DNA of 64,000 nt from an uncultured Solirubrobacterales bacterium (GTDB lineage Bacteria; Actinomycetota; Thermoleophilia; Solirubrobacterales; 70-9). Position 1 is the first letter of the stretch; each line of letters starts with the position of its first letter. The translations under genes were made by a program, and so were the position numbers. Shown in pieces: positions 35,801 to 43,386 of this stretch. The stretch is taken from the NCBI GenBank assembly GCA_963702055.1, contig OY969702.1, positions 1,912,301 to 1,976,300 on the forward strand, in the 5' to 3' direction. Below the pieces are notes generated by a model. The model saw nothing but the letters and a program-made list of their open reading frames with translations, had not been told where the DNA came from and searched no databases.

Positions 35801-36206
35801 GGTCGCCGGCATGGTGATCGCCCGCCAGCGCCCCGAGACGGCGAAGGGGATCACCTTCATCCTGCTCGAAGACGAGCGGGGGACGATCAACCTGATCGTC
35901 GGGGCGGCGGTCTATGAGCGCAGCCGTGCTCTGGTCCGCGCCGCTCCGCTACTTCGCGCCCGTGGCCGCCTCGAGCGCCGCGAGGGAGCGATCAACGTCG
36001 TGGTCTTCGAGCTGGGCGCCTTGGAGTGGAGCGAGCGGCCCTCGGCCGAGGTGATGAGCATCGATTCGGCTGCGGTGAGTCAGTCGTCCGGTGTCGTGGG
36101 CGATCGTCACAACCTCGCCGAGTGTCGTCGCGCCCGTGAGCTGGCGGTCGCCGAGTTGCGAGCTGTAGCTCCTGCCGGGCACAGCTTCGGACGGCGGGGC
36201 CGGTAG
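32817..36206 (+). CDS. dnaE2: Error-prone DNA polymerase III alpha-type subunit DnaE2
   Basis: MTATAPYVELHAHSAFSFLDGASTPTELAGEAAALGYPAVALTDHDGVWG (PHP domain), PDIDLDF, GGMVIS, ~1129 aa, adjacent to imuB. Confidence 0.9.
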   Translation: MTATAPYVELHAHSAFSFLDGASTPTELAGEAAALGYPAVALTDHDGVWGSMEFAHACKGLGVRPITGAELTVGLGESEPELAHLTLLVESATGYRNLCRLLTEAHSGTREGAQRRAGQPWVPLAAVKERAEGLVCLTGCARDGVVAGRWERGERSVAAALARELLGAFGAERLRVELQRPYERHDRARNRWLAGLAERLGVPCVVSGDVHCHARSRSRLQDAFVAVRNGVGLEECEPLRRGNSSSALASPQAMAERFAEHPEAVAESARLAERLRFDLTEELGYRYPGAEDSGAERKLAELSRALLAERYAGSSDRPEAERRLEEELAVIRGLGLSGFFLLHRDLLELAREVAVEVRGPDSARAMLAPGRGRGSSVSSIVCYLTGLSHIDPVKADLFAARFLNEEVTALPDIDLDFPRDIREKLIPAVHRRYGSEHSALVAAFPTYRPRGAVRDLGKALGLAAGEIERVARMVGFHGEAGEIERHVIEAVGRERARSPRWRSLVALCGEAIGLPRHVSQHPGGMVISTRPLVDVCPVVPAAMAGRQIVQWDKDSCADAGFLKIDLLGLGMLSAVERCVTEIERVRGERVDLSRIPHDDPQTFESIRAAETTGVFQIESRAQMQMLPRTLPRDLDDLTVQVALVRPGPIQGGAIHPYIERRKALREDPGFEVPYEHPLLEPVLKETLGTIVFQEQVIEVAMALAGFSASEAEGLRRAMSRKRSEAAIRSHHERFCAGAAKRGVAAEVAERVWLQIQGFSGFGFPKAHSAAFGLLAYQSAWLRVHYGAEFLCSLLNEQPMGFYPPDALIHEAQRRGVRVAAADVNRSAVLCAVERRRGGLAVRIGLAYVKGVRSEEMEALVAERARGGPYRGIADLASRSGAGRDGLEQLVWAGALDGLPLEGGESSERRREDSWRLGVAGTARGADGARQLSLPLEPPPAPGLSPLGRWERVIEDYRATGVNLGEHPLALLRVALGEGVISSSGLARIEDGAAVEVAGMVIARQRPETAKGITFILLEDERGTINLIVGAAVYERSRALVRAAPLLRARGRLERREGAINVVVFELGALEWSERPSAEVMSIDSAAVSQSSGVVGDRHNLAECRRARELAVAELRAVAPAGHSFGRRGR

Positions 36207-36406
36207 GTCAGCCCAAGGCAGACCGACGATCAGCCTGCACAGGCCTCCGCAGAGGCAGGCCCGAATTCCTCACCTCAGGGTGGCACGCGCCGCCCGCGCT
36301 TCAACCCCGCAAGGGGGTTCCCCTCGCCTTCGGCTCGGTTCCGCACGTTCGGTCGCGCGCCCTACCTGGGCTCGTCAATCGAACCACCTCTAAAAGGAGG
36401 CCCCAA

Positions 36407-36769
36407 GTGCAGGACATCAACAGCGTCACCTTCACCGCCAGGCTGACCAGAGACCCCGAGCTCCGCTCCACGGCCTCGGGCAAATCCGTCAGCACCCTGC
36501 GGGTCGCGATTCAGCGCCCGGGCGGCAAGGACGGCTCCGACCGCGGCGCGGTTTTCTACGACGTCGAGGTCTGGAACGGGCTCGCCGAGAGCTGCACCCG
36601 CTACCTCTCCAAGGGCAGCCGGATCGCGGTCGAGGCTCGCCTCGAGCATCAGGAGTGGACCGACGATCACGAGAACGCGCGCCAGCGCAACTACGTGGTC
36701 GCGACCCAGGTCAACTTCCTCGATCCCGCGTCGAAGAAGGACGACGAGGAGCCTGGCGAGGACGAGTAG
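36407..36769 (+). CDS. ssb: Single-stranded DNA-binding protein (short, non-canonical acidic tail)
   Basis: INSVTFTARLTRDPELRSTASGKSVSTLRVAI...FYDVEVWNGLAESCTRYLSKGSRIAVEARLEHQEW (OB fold). AGGAGG lies 7 nt upstream of the GTG. The tail ...DDEEPGEDE lacks the DDDIPF-type tip. Confidence 0.85.
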   Translation: MQDINSVTFTARLTRDPELRSTASGKSVSTLRVAIQRPGGKDGSDRGAVFYDVEVWNGLAESCTRYLSKGSRIAVEARLEHQEWTDDHENARQRNYVVATQVNFLDPASKKDDEEPGEDE

Positions 36770-36861
36770 TCCAAGCCGGTCCCCGAGGGCGCCCACCCGA
36801 GAGGGTGGGCGCCCTTTCTCTTGCACTTGCACCCTGGCGGCGAAGGCGAGACGATCACGCC

Positions 36862-37422
36862 GTGAGACAGACTCCCCTTACCGCCCTTGGACTCCTCACG
36901 CTCGCGCTTATGGGCTGCGGCAGGGCCAGCGTTTCGGCCTCATCCCGGTCGCTTCGCTTCTCACCGCTTCCTCGCCACGCAAGGATCGACTATGCGGTTG
37001 ACGGCGACACCCTTCGCGTTCGCCTTTCATCCGGCCAGCTCCCCTACGTGCGCCTGGTCGGCATCGACTCCGCCGAAGACGTCCGGCCCGGCTACCCGGT
37101 CGAGTGCGGGTCCGAAGCTGCCGCTGCGTCGATGCGCCGGCTTGCGCCCGAAGGTTCGAGGGTGATGCTTCGGGGCGACTCCGTCGCCGGCGCCGTCGAT
37201 CGCTACGGGCGCATCCTCGCCCACGCCTTCGTCGACGGTCGCCAGCTCGAACTCGCCCAGCTGCGCCGCGGCTGGGCCTACCTCTACCGCTACCACGGCC
37301 AGCGTTTCGATGGCCTGGCGCGCTTCCAGCGGGCGGAGCGGCTCGCCCGTCGGGAGCGCCGCGGCGTCTGGCGGCTCTGTGGCGGTGACTTCCACTCCGC
37401 CGAGCCGGGTTTGCAGAACTGA
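36862..37422 (+). CDS. Thermonuclease (SNase)-like lipoprotein nuclease
   Basis: Lipobox LTLALMGCG. VDGDTLRV...VRLVGIDSAE...DRYGRILAHAF...GWAYLYRY...AERLARRERRGVW. Confidence 0.75.
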   Translation: MRQTPLTALGLLTLALMGCGRASVSASSRSLRFSPLPRHARIDYAVDGDTLRVRLSSGQLPYVRLVGIDSAEDVRPGYPVECGSEAAAASMRRLAPEGSRVMLRGDSVAGAVDRYGRILAHAFVDGRQLELAQLRRGWAYLYRYHGQRFDGLARFQRAERLARRERRGVWRLCGGDFHSAEPGLQN

Positions 37423-37580
37423 CGCCGTCCGGCTCGGGCAGCAGCGCCTCCGGCTGCGATCCATCCATCGATCGCAAGGGGGGAGGTTTCGCGCCGCTGA
37501 TCGCTTGAGCGGGTAGACGAATCAAACGCCCCGGGAGCGCTGGAACGCCCCCGGGGCTCGCACAGGAAGGGGGACTTCCC

Positions 37581-37859
37581 ATGCACGACGACGATAGCCC
37601 GCGGCGCGATGCGTCGCGCCACCGCGAGGAGGAGAAGATCGAGCGGGCGGTGCTCGCCTACGTCCTCGCCCGCTACCCGGATCTGGTCACGCTGAAGGAG
37701 CTGATCGACGAGATCGCCGGTCCACAAGGTGACCAGGCCGAGCGCGGTGCGGTGCATCGCGCCGTCGCCGAGCTGATCGCGGTCGGATTGCTGCACCACT
37801 TCGGCGAGGCGCTGCTGCCGAGCCGGGCGGCGCTTCACTTCGACGCGCTCGGGCTCTGA
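37581..37859 (+). CDS. Small winged-helix-like protein (possible relaxosome accessory factor)
   Basis: ERAVLAYVLARYPDLVTLKELIDEI...AVAELIAVGLLHHFGE. Lies just upstream of the oriT candidate and relaxase. Confidence 0.4.
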   Translation: MHDDDSPRRDASRHREEEKIERAVLAYVLARYPDLVTLKELIDEIAGPQGDQAERGAVHRAVAELIAVGLLHHFGEALLPSRAALHFDALGL

Positions 37860-37866
37860 TCGATCG

Positions 37867-37896
37867 CCCCGCGCCGCCCTGCCGGTCGGCGCGGGG
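37867..37896 (+). terminator. Hairpin terminator after 37581..37859
   Basis: CCCCGCGCCG-(10 nt)-CGGCGCGGGG, a perfect 10-bp stem, followed by CGGGTTTG. Confidence 0.5.
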
Positions 37897-37904
37897 CGGG
37901 TTTG

Positions 37905-38094
37905 CGGCGGTCGGGGTTGGGTCAGTCGGCGAGTCCCGGCGAAGCTCGATCAGACCTGCATCGAGACCGTGTACGCAGTTCAGGCAGTGATCTGAGAGAC
38001 GAACGCTGGCTGCTGAATCGGAGCTTCGCAGCCCTGCGAGAGACCGATCGGGCCCTCTCTCGAAAGCTCTCCGCAACCCCAACCCCGACCGCCG
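37905..38094. promoter_or_regulatory. Candidate oriT region: perfect 16-bp inverted repeat arms (37905-37920 and 38079-38094) upstream of the relaxase
   Basis: CGGCGGTCGGGGTTGG ... 158 bp ... CCAACCCCGACCGCCG. It lies in the non-coding leader of the MOBF relaxase gene. Confidence 0.35.
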
Positions 38095-38156
38095 ACACAC
38101 TGTGCATCCTCCGGATCAACCGAGGCAACGCCCCCTCTCCGTGGACATCCAAGGTG

Positions 38157-41100
38157 ATGGTGGGCATGACGAAGATCCAGCGCGGCAACGCCAACTACTG
38201 GATTGAGGCGGTGGCCGAAGGCGGCGAGGACTACTACACCAAGCCCGGCGAGGCGCCAGGAGAGTGGCTGGGATCACTGGCGCGGGAGTTGGGCCTGGAA
38301 GGCCAGGTAGACCGCAACGCCTACATCGCCGCTCTCGCCGGCCACGACCCGGCCTCCGGCGAGGAGTTGATCCACCGCCCCGCCCCGCGCCGCTACGTCG
38401 ACTCGGGTGGCCGCCAACGGGTAGCCGAGCCCGTCCTCGGCTACGACGTGCGCTTCGCGGCGCCGAAGTCGGTCTCCCTGCTCTACGGGGTCGGCGAGCC
38501 CGAGGTCCGCGGCGCGGTGCTGCGCGCCCACGACAGCGCCGTCGCCGAGGGGATCGGCTACCTGGAGGAGCAGGCCTGCCTGGTCCAGCGCGGCCACAAC
38601 GGCACCGAGATCGAGCGCGGATCGGGCTTGCTCGGGATGGCCTTCCGCCACCGGATGAGTCGCGCCGGTGACCCGGCGCTGCATACCCACGTGGTGGTCG
38701 CCAACCAGACCCGCGCCGCCTCCGACGGCCATTGGCTGACCCTGGCCAGCCCCAAGGGCCGCTCTCCCTTTTGGCAGCACGCGAAAGCTGCCGGCTACGT
38801 CTACCAGGCGGCGCTGCGGCGCGAGGTGGCGCGCGAGTTGGGTGTCGAGTGGGGCCCGGTCCGAAACGGCCACGCCGACCTCGCCGCGATCGGGCGTCCC
38901 GTGATCGAGCACTTCTCCCAGCGCCGCAGCGAGATCCTCGAGTCGATGGAGCGCTTCGGCGCCTCCTCGGCGAAGGCCGCCGAGGTCGCCGCATACCGAA
39001 CGCGAGATGCCAAGGACTACGGGGTCGACGTCGACACCCGGCGCGAGGAGTGGACCGCGAGAGCGGCGGAGTTCGGCCTGACTCCGCGTGGGATCGGCGA
39101 GCTGGTTCGCGAGGCGGTTCCGCGCGAGGCGGCGACGATCTCCCCCGCTGACGTGGCCGCCGCCCTGGCGAAGCTGGAGAGCCACCGCTCCCACTTCGAC
39201 CGCCGCGACTTGCTCTGCGCGCTCGCCGACCGCCTCCCCGACGGCGCCGAGGGACGCTCGCTCGCTACCGCTGTCGATGGGCTGTTGGTGAGCGAGGCGG
39301 TGGTCGAGATCCATCGCGGCTCCGACCTGATCGCCCCCACCTACTACACGACCCCGCGGCTTTGGGAGCTTGAGCAGGGGTTCATCGAGACGGCGAAGCG
39401 GGGGCAGGGCGCCGGCGCCGCGGTGGTCGACGAGCGGACCCTCGCCGCAGTGCTGGAGCGCCACCGCTACCTCGGGGAGGACCAGCGCGAGATGGTCGCC
39501 CGCCTGCTGCGCGGCGGCGAGCGGATCGTCCCGGTCGCGGCGCTGCCGGGCACCGGCAAGACGACGGCGCTGCGAGCGGCGCGGGAGGCATGGGAGGAAG
39601 CCGGGTACCCGGTGATCGGCGTCGCCACCGCGCGCAGCGCCTCGGGCGAGCTCTCCGACGCCGGCGTGCCGGCCACCTCGATCGCGGCGCTGCTGGTTCG
39701 CGCCGAGCGCTGGGCTCAGAACGGCCTTGAGCCGCTTGAGCCAGGAACCGTCGTCTTGGCCGATGAGTCGAGTACCACCGCGACTCCGCACGCCGCGGCG
39801 CTGGCGGAGATGGTCGAGCGCTGCGGCGGCAAGCTGGTCGCGATCGGTGACCCGCGCCAGATCGGCGCGGTCGGCCCGGGTGGCACCTACGGGCACCTGA
39901 CCAAGGTGATCGAGCCGAGCGTCCTGCGCGAGATCCGTCGCCAGCGCCGTCCCGTCGATCGGCGGATTGTCGAGTTGGCCCACGCCGGTCGGGGCTCCGA
40001 CGCGCTCGACCTGCTGCGCTCCGAGGGCCAGCTGGCGATTGCCGACACCCTCCCCGAGGCGCTCGGCGCGGCGGTGCTCGACTGGCACGAGTCCTTCGGG
40101 CGCGGGGAGGACGCGGTGATGATCGCGCGGCGAAACCGCGATGTCGCCGAGCTAAACGCCGCGGCGCGGGAGGCCCTGGTCGCCGACGGGCGTCTGGGGG
40201 ACGCGGAGCTGGAAGTCGCCGGGCACCCCTTTGCGCTCGGCGACCGGGTGCTGACCCGGGTTAACACTCACGAGGTCTCAAACCGCGAGCGCTGGGAGGT
40301 AATCGGCGTCGATTTGGGCGGCTGCTCGGTCGAGCTGCAGCGGATCGGTGGCGACGAGCGGATCGTCAGCCTCGACGCCGCCTACCTGGAGCAGCGCACC
40401 CCGAGCGGCGAGCCGGCGCTCCAGCACGCCTACGCGATGACCACCTACGCAACCGAGTCGAAGACCTTCGAGCGCGCCTTCGCCTTGATCGACGCCGGCG
40501 CCACCCAGGAGGAGTTCCTGGTCTCGGTTTCGCGCAGTCGCGGCCCAACCGTCGCCTACGGGGTCGCCGCGATCGAGCTGACCGATCCCGAGCTGGGGCC
40601 GGGGCTGCGCGAGATCTCCGACGAGGCCCACGAGCTGCGCGCCGCCGCCGAGCGCCCGGCCGGAGAGTTGGCGGCGCTTGAGGTCCCCATCCGCGAGCGG
40701 CTCGCCGAGCTGGAGGAGGTCGACCTGATGGCCCGGCGCTCCTACCTTGAGTACGAGCTGGAGAAGCTGGATCAGCCCTCCGCCGAGCGCCTACGCCTCG
40801 ACTCGGTCGAGGAGCAGATCGCCGAGGTCGAGGGACTGCTCAAGGACTACGCGAGTCAGCTGGAGGAGTTGGCGGCGCAGCGGCGCCCCGACCCCCAGGA
40901 GCTCAACCGGGTCGAGGGCGCGCAACGGCTCGGATCACAGCAGCTGGAGCGGTTGGGGGAGGAGCGCGAAGGCCTGATCGAGGCGGTGGGGGTCGAGCGG
41001 CCGGCGTCTCCGCAGCGGGAGGCCGAGCTGCGGGTGGAGACGGCAATGGTCGAGGAGCGCCTCACCCAGCTGCGCCGTCGCCAGATCGCCGCCGAGCGCC

Positions 41101-41375
41101 TGCAGCCCTCGGCAATGATCGAGAAGGCGCTGGGAGAGCGTCCCCGCGAAGCCGATCGGGCGGCGCTGTGGAACGAGGGAGTGGAGACGATCTATTCCTA
41201 CCGCCAGCGCCATGGGATCAGCTCGCGCAGCGGCGAACCGCTCGGGCGGGAGCCCCACCCCGGTCAGGACCGCAGCGATTGGGTCAAGAGCCAGCTCCGG
41301 CTCAGTCAGGTCCAGGTGGCGCTCGATCACACGCCGGCGCGAGAGGTCGAGCGGGGGATCGCTATCGAGATGTAG
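38157..41375 (+). CDS. MOBF-family conjugative relaxase (TrwC/TraA-like) fused to a RecD-like helicase, with C-terminal coiled-coil
   Basis: GGEDYYTKPGE (Tyr motif), YDVRFAAPKSVSLLYG, FRHRMSRAGDPALHTHVVVAN (His motif), helicase ALPGTGKTTAL / VVLADESS. Start is 38154 GTG or 38157 ATG. Confidence 0.9.
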   Translation: MVGMTKIQRGNANYWIEAVAEGGEDYYTKPGEAPGEWLGSLARELGLEGQVDRNAYIAALAGHDPASGEELIHRPAPRRYVDSGGRQRVAEPVLGYDVRFAAPKSVSLLYGVGEPEVRGAVLRAHDSAVAEGIGYLEEQACLVQRGHNGTEIERGSGLLGMAFRHRMSRAGDPALHTHVVVANQTRAASDGHWLTLASPKGRSPFWQHAKAAGYVYQAALRREVARELGVEWGPVRNGHADLAAIGRPVIEHFSQRRSEILESMERFGASSAKAAEVAAYRTRDAKDYGVDVDTRREEWTARAAEFGLTPRGIGELVREAVPREAATISPADVAAALAKLESHRSHFDRRDLLCALADRLPDGAEGRSLATAVDGLLVSEAVVEIHRGSDLIAPTYYTTPRLWELEQGFIETAKRGQGAGAAVVDERTLAAVLERHRYLGEDQREMVARLLRGGERIVPVAALPGTGKTTALRAAREAWEEAGYPVIGVATARSASGELSDAGVPATSIAALLVRAERWAQNGLEPLEPGTVVLADESSTTATPHAAALAEMVERCGGKLVAIGDPRQIGAVGPGGTYGHLTKVIEPSVLREIRRQRRPVDRRIVELAHAGRGSDALDLLRSEGQLAIADTLPEALGAAVLDWHESFGRGEDAVMIARRNRDVAELNAAAREALVADGRLGDAELEVAGHPFALGDRVLTRVNTHEVSNRERWEVIGVDLGGCSVELQRIGGDERIVSLDAAYLEQRTPSGEPALQHAYAMTTYATESKTFERAFALIDAGATQEEFLVSVSRSRGPTVAYGVAAIELTDPELGPGLREISDEAHELRAAAERPAGELAALEVPIRERLAELEEVDLMARRSYLEYELEKLDQPSAERLRLDSVEEQIAEVEGLLKDYASQLEELAAQRRPDPQELNRVEGAQRLGSQQLERLGEEREGLIEAVGVERPASPQREAELRVETAMVEERLTQLRRRQIAAERLQPSAMIEKALGERPREADRAALWNEGVETIYSYRQRHGISSRSGEPLGREPHPGQDRSDWVKSQLRLSQVQVALDHTPAREVERGIAIEM

Positions 41376-41458
41376 GGGCGGGGACGTGGGTTGGCGGTCT
41401 TCGGCTGGGCGTCCGGCGGCCAGTTTTGCACGGCTTCGCCGTGCGGTTGGCCGCCTGC

Positions 41459-42019
41459 ATGGACGCCCAGCCGAAGGCCCCGAGCACAACCCGAGAGCGA
41501 CGCGCACGGACCCTCGATCGGCTTCTCGCCACCGAGGGGGACCTGCTTCGTCGACAGGCGCTGCGGAACTCACTGACCGAGAGCGATGCAGAGGACGCCT
41601 TGCAAGACGGTTGCATTCAGTTCCTGCGCTTCTTCGACGGTGAGGAGGACCACGCCCGTCCCTGGTTGATGCTCGTCGTCAAACGCTGCGCCTGGAGGCA
41701 AAGCGAGCGGATACGGCGCTTCGATGCGCACGAGCGGGTTGTCACGGTCGATCCGCTTGAGATCGAGAACGAGATCATCCTGATCGACGAGCGCAGCGGT
41801 CCCCAGGACCTGGCCGAGCGCTCCGAGGCAGTCGCGTTCAAGGTCGAGATGCTCGAACAGCTGAAGCCAGACGAGCGCACGACGCTGATCCTGATCGGGT
41901 TCGGAGCCACTTACCAAGAGATCGCTGAGCTGCGTGGCTGGAGCATGCGGAAGGTCGAGCGATGCGCCGTTGAAGGTCGTGCCCGGCTGAACGCATTGAT
42001 CGAGAGGGGGGAGGAATAG
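41459..42019 (+). CDS. Sigma-70-family-like protein (regions 2 and 4) carried by the conjugative element
   Basis: ESDAEDALQDGCIQFLRFFDG..ARPWLMLVVKRCAWRQ and LKPDERTTLILIGFGATYQEIAELRGWSMRKVERCAVEGRARL. Confidence 0.6.
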   Translation: MDAQPKAPSTTRERRARTLDRLLATEGDLLRRQALRNSLTESDAEDALQDGCIQFLRFFDGEEDHARPWLMLVVKRCAWRQSERIRRFDAHERVVTVDPLEIENEIILIDERSGPQDLAERSEAVAFKVEMLEQLKPDERTTLILIGFGATYQEIAELRGWSMRKVERCAVEGRARLNALIERGEE

Positions 42020-42021
42020 CG

Positions 42022-42372
42022 ATGCCCAAGTCTTCAGAAACCATGGAGGCCCTTCGGCCAATCGACTTCACGACCGCCCTGGTGTGGCTGCAGGAGATGA
42101 TCGGCTGCGAAGTTGAGGTGATCGTCAACCACCACGGCAGCTTCTTTGGCTGCGGCTTTCAGAGCAGGCTACTCTGCGTGCAGACCCTGCCACCCGATGA
42201 CACGGCGGTGCGAGTAGTGATGGAGGACGGACAGGGCCTCTTCCTCGATCCTGCCGAGCTTCAGGCGTTCGCTGGCGGCCTTGTCCAGGCCAGCGATGCT
42301 TGGCTCGAGTTCCACATGGCCTTCGGCTCGGCGGTGCAAATCGAGCTTGCCGAGCGTGACGACCAAAACTAA
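42022..42372 (+). CDS. Hypothetical protein, 2 nt after the sigma-like gene
   Basis: ORF plus tight spacing only. Confidence 0.4.
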   Translation: MPKSSETMEALRPIDFTTALVWLQEMIGCEVEVIVNHHGSFFGCGFQSRLLCVQTLPPDDTAVRVVMEDGQGLFLDPAELQAFAGGLVQASDAWLEFHMAFGSAVQIELAERDDQN

Positions 42373-42544
42373 TTTCAAGATCTCCTCAAACATCAACCTC
42401 TGTTGCCTCGTCGCGAAAGTGAAAGTGAGCCGCGGATCGGTCCAGACCTTTCCTCCCGTCTGACGCAGGAGCCTGGGTGGCGCCCCATCAACGGGCTCGC
42501 AACTACGTGGCAGCGAAAGTTCCTTGACCTCGCAAGTGTGAGCT

Positions 42545-42566
42545 TGCCTCGGCGTACGCCGAGGCA
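42545..42566. repeat. Perfect 22-bp palindrome TGCCTCGGCGTACGCCGAGGCA
   Basis: Read directly from the intergenic region 42373-42777. Confidence 0.85.
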
Positions 42567-42757
42567 GAATGCTGGTGCGTTAGCGCGACCGAGGACCGCC
42601 TTGCACCGCAGCGTGGCCGATCTGTGCTCGGTCCGTCGCCGCCTGGCCGCCGCTCGCGATTGGTGGAGCCTCAACTTAGTGCCGCATTTCGACGCGCCGT
42701 AAAGAGTCGGGTCCCAAGCCACCGAATCCGTCTTTTCCGCGTACACGAGTATTTGCT

Positions 42758-42772
42758 GTCATGTACTATGAC
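42758..42772. promoter_or_regulatory. Candidate TetR operator GTCAT-GTACT-ATGAC overlapping a -10-like TACTAT
   Basis: Ends 6 nt before the TetR ATG at 42778, which implies a leaderless or very short leader transcript. Confidence 0.4.
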
Positions 42773-42777
42773 GGTAA

Positions 42778-43386
42778 ATGTCCAGTGCTTCTCGGTCCGA
42801 CACCCGCCCCTACCGCATGGGCCGCCGCGCCAAGGCGTTTGCCGAGACCCGCCAAGCGATCCTTGACGCGGCGAACGAAATCCGCGATCCGCGCACGCCG
42901 CTGTCCGTGGTCGCCGCCAAGGCCAGGGTTTCCGAGCGCACCGTGCTGCGCCACTTCGGCAGCCGCGACGGATTGGTGGCGGCGGCGATCGAGGAGGGCA
43001 CCAGGCGCGATGAAGCGGAGCGCTTCGCCGCTCCCGCCGGCGATGTCGCAGCTGTGGTCGCCTGTCTCGTCGCGCATTACGAGAACCGTGGCGATTGGAT
43101 GATGCGCCTGCTTGCCGAGGAGGGTGCAGACCGGCAAATCGACAAGATTCTCGACAACGGGCGTGCCGTGCACCGGCGCTGGGTTAGGGAGAAGCTCGGC
43201 CCGCTGCTCGATGACCGGAGTGGGCCCGAGCAGCGTCGTCGACTCGCCCAACTGGCGGCAGTCTGCGACGTCTACACCTGGAAGCTGATGCGCCGAGACA
43301 GCCATCTTGGGCGTGCCGAAACAGAACGTTCAATCTGCGAGTTGATTGAGGCCGTCGTGCGTCCGGGAGAGGGAACCGCTCAATGA
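42778..43386 (+). CDS. TetR/AcrR-family transcriptional regulator
   Basis: ETRQAILDAANEIRDPRTPLSVVAAKARVSERTVLRHFGSRDGLVAAAIE. Confidence 0.85.
   Translation: MSSASRSDTRPYRMGRRAKAFAETRQAILDAANEIRDPRTPLSVVAAKARVSERTVLRHFGSRDGLVAAAIEEGTRRDEAERFAAPAGDVAAVVACLVAHYENRGDWMMRLLAEEGADRQIDKILDNGRAVHRRWVREKLGPLLDDRSGPEQRRRLAQLAAVCDVYTWKLMRRDSHLGRAETERSICELIEAVVRPGEGTAQ

Noticed and set aside
36303-36319. Small hairpin AACCCC-GCAAG-GGGGTT ~100 nt after dnaE2, considered as a terminator
   Set aside because: Only a 6-bp stem and no downstream T-tract. It may still be a weak structure but is not supportable as a feature.
42393-42746. 117-aa minus-strand ORF and 99-aa plus-strand ORF in the 42.4-42.8 kb gap
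   Set aside because: No SD or start context and Arg-rich composition. The region is better described as intergenic, containing the 22-bp palindrome and the TetR promoter/operator.
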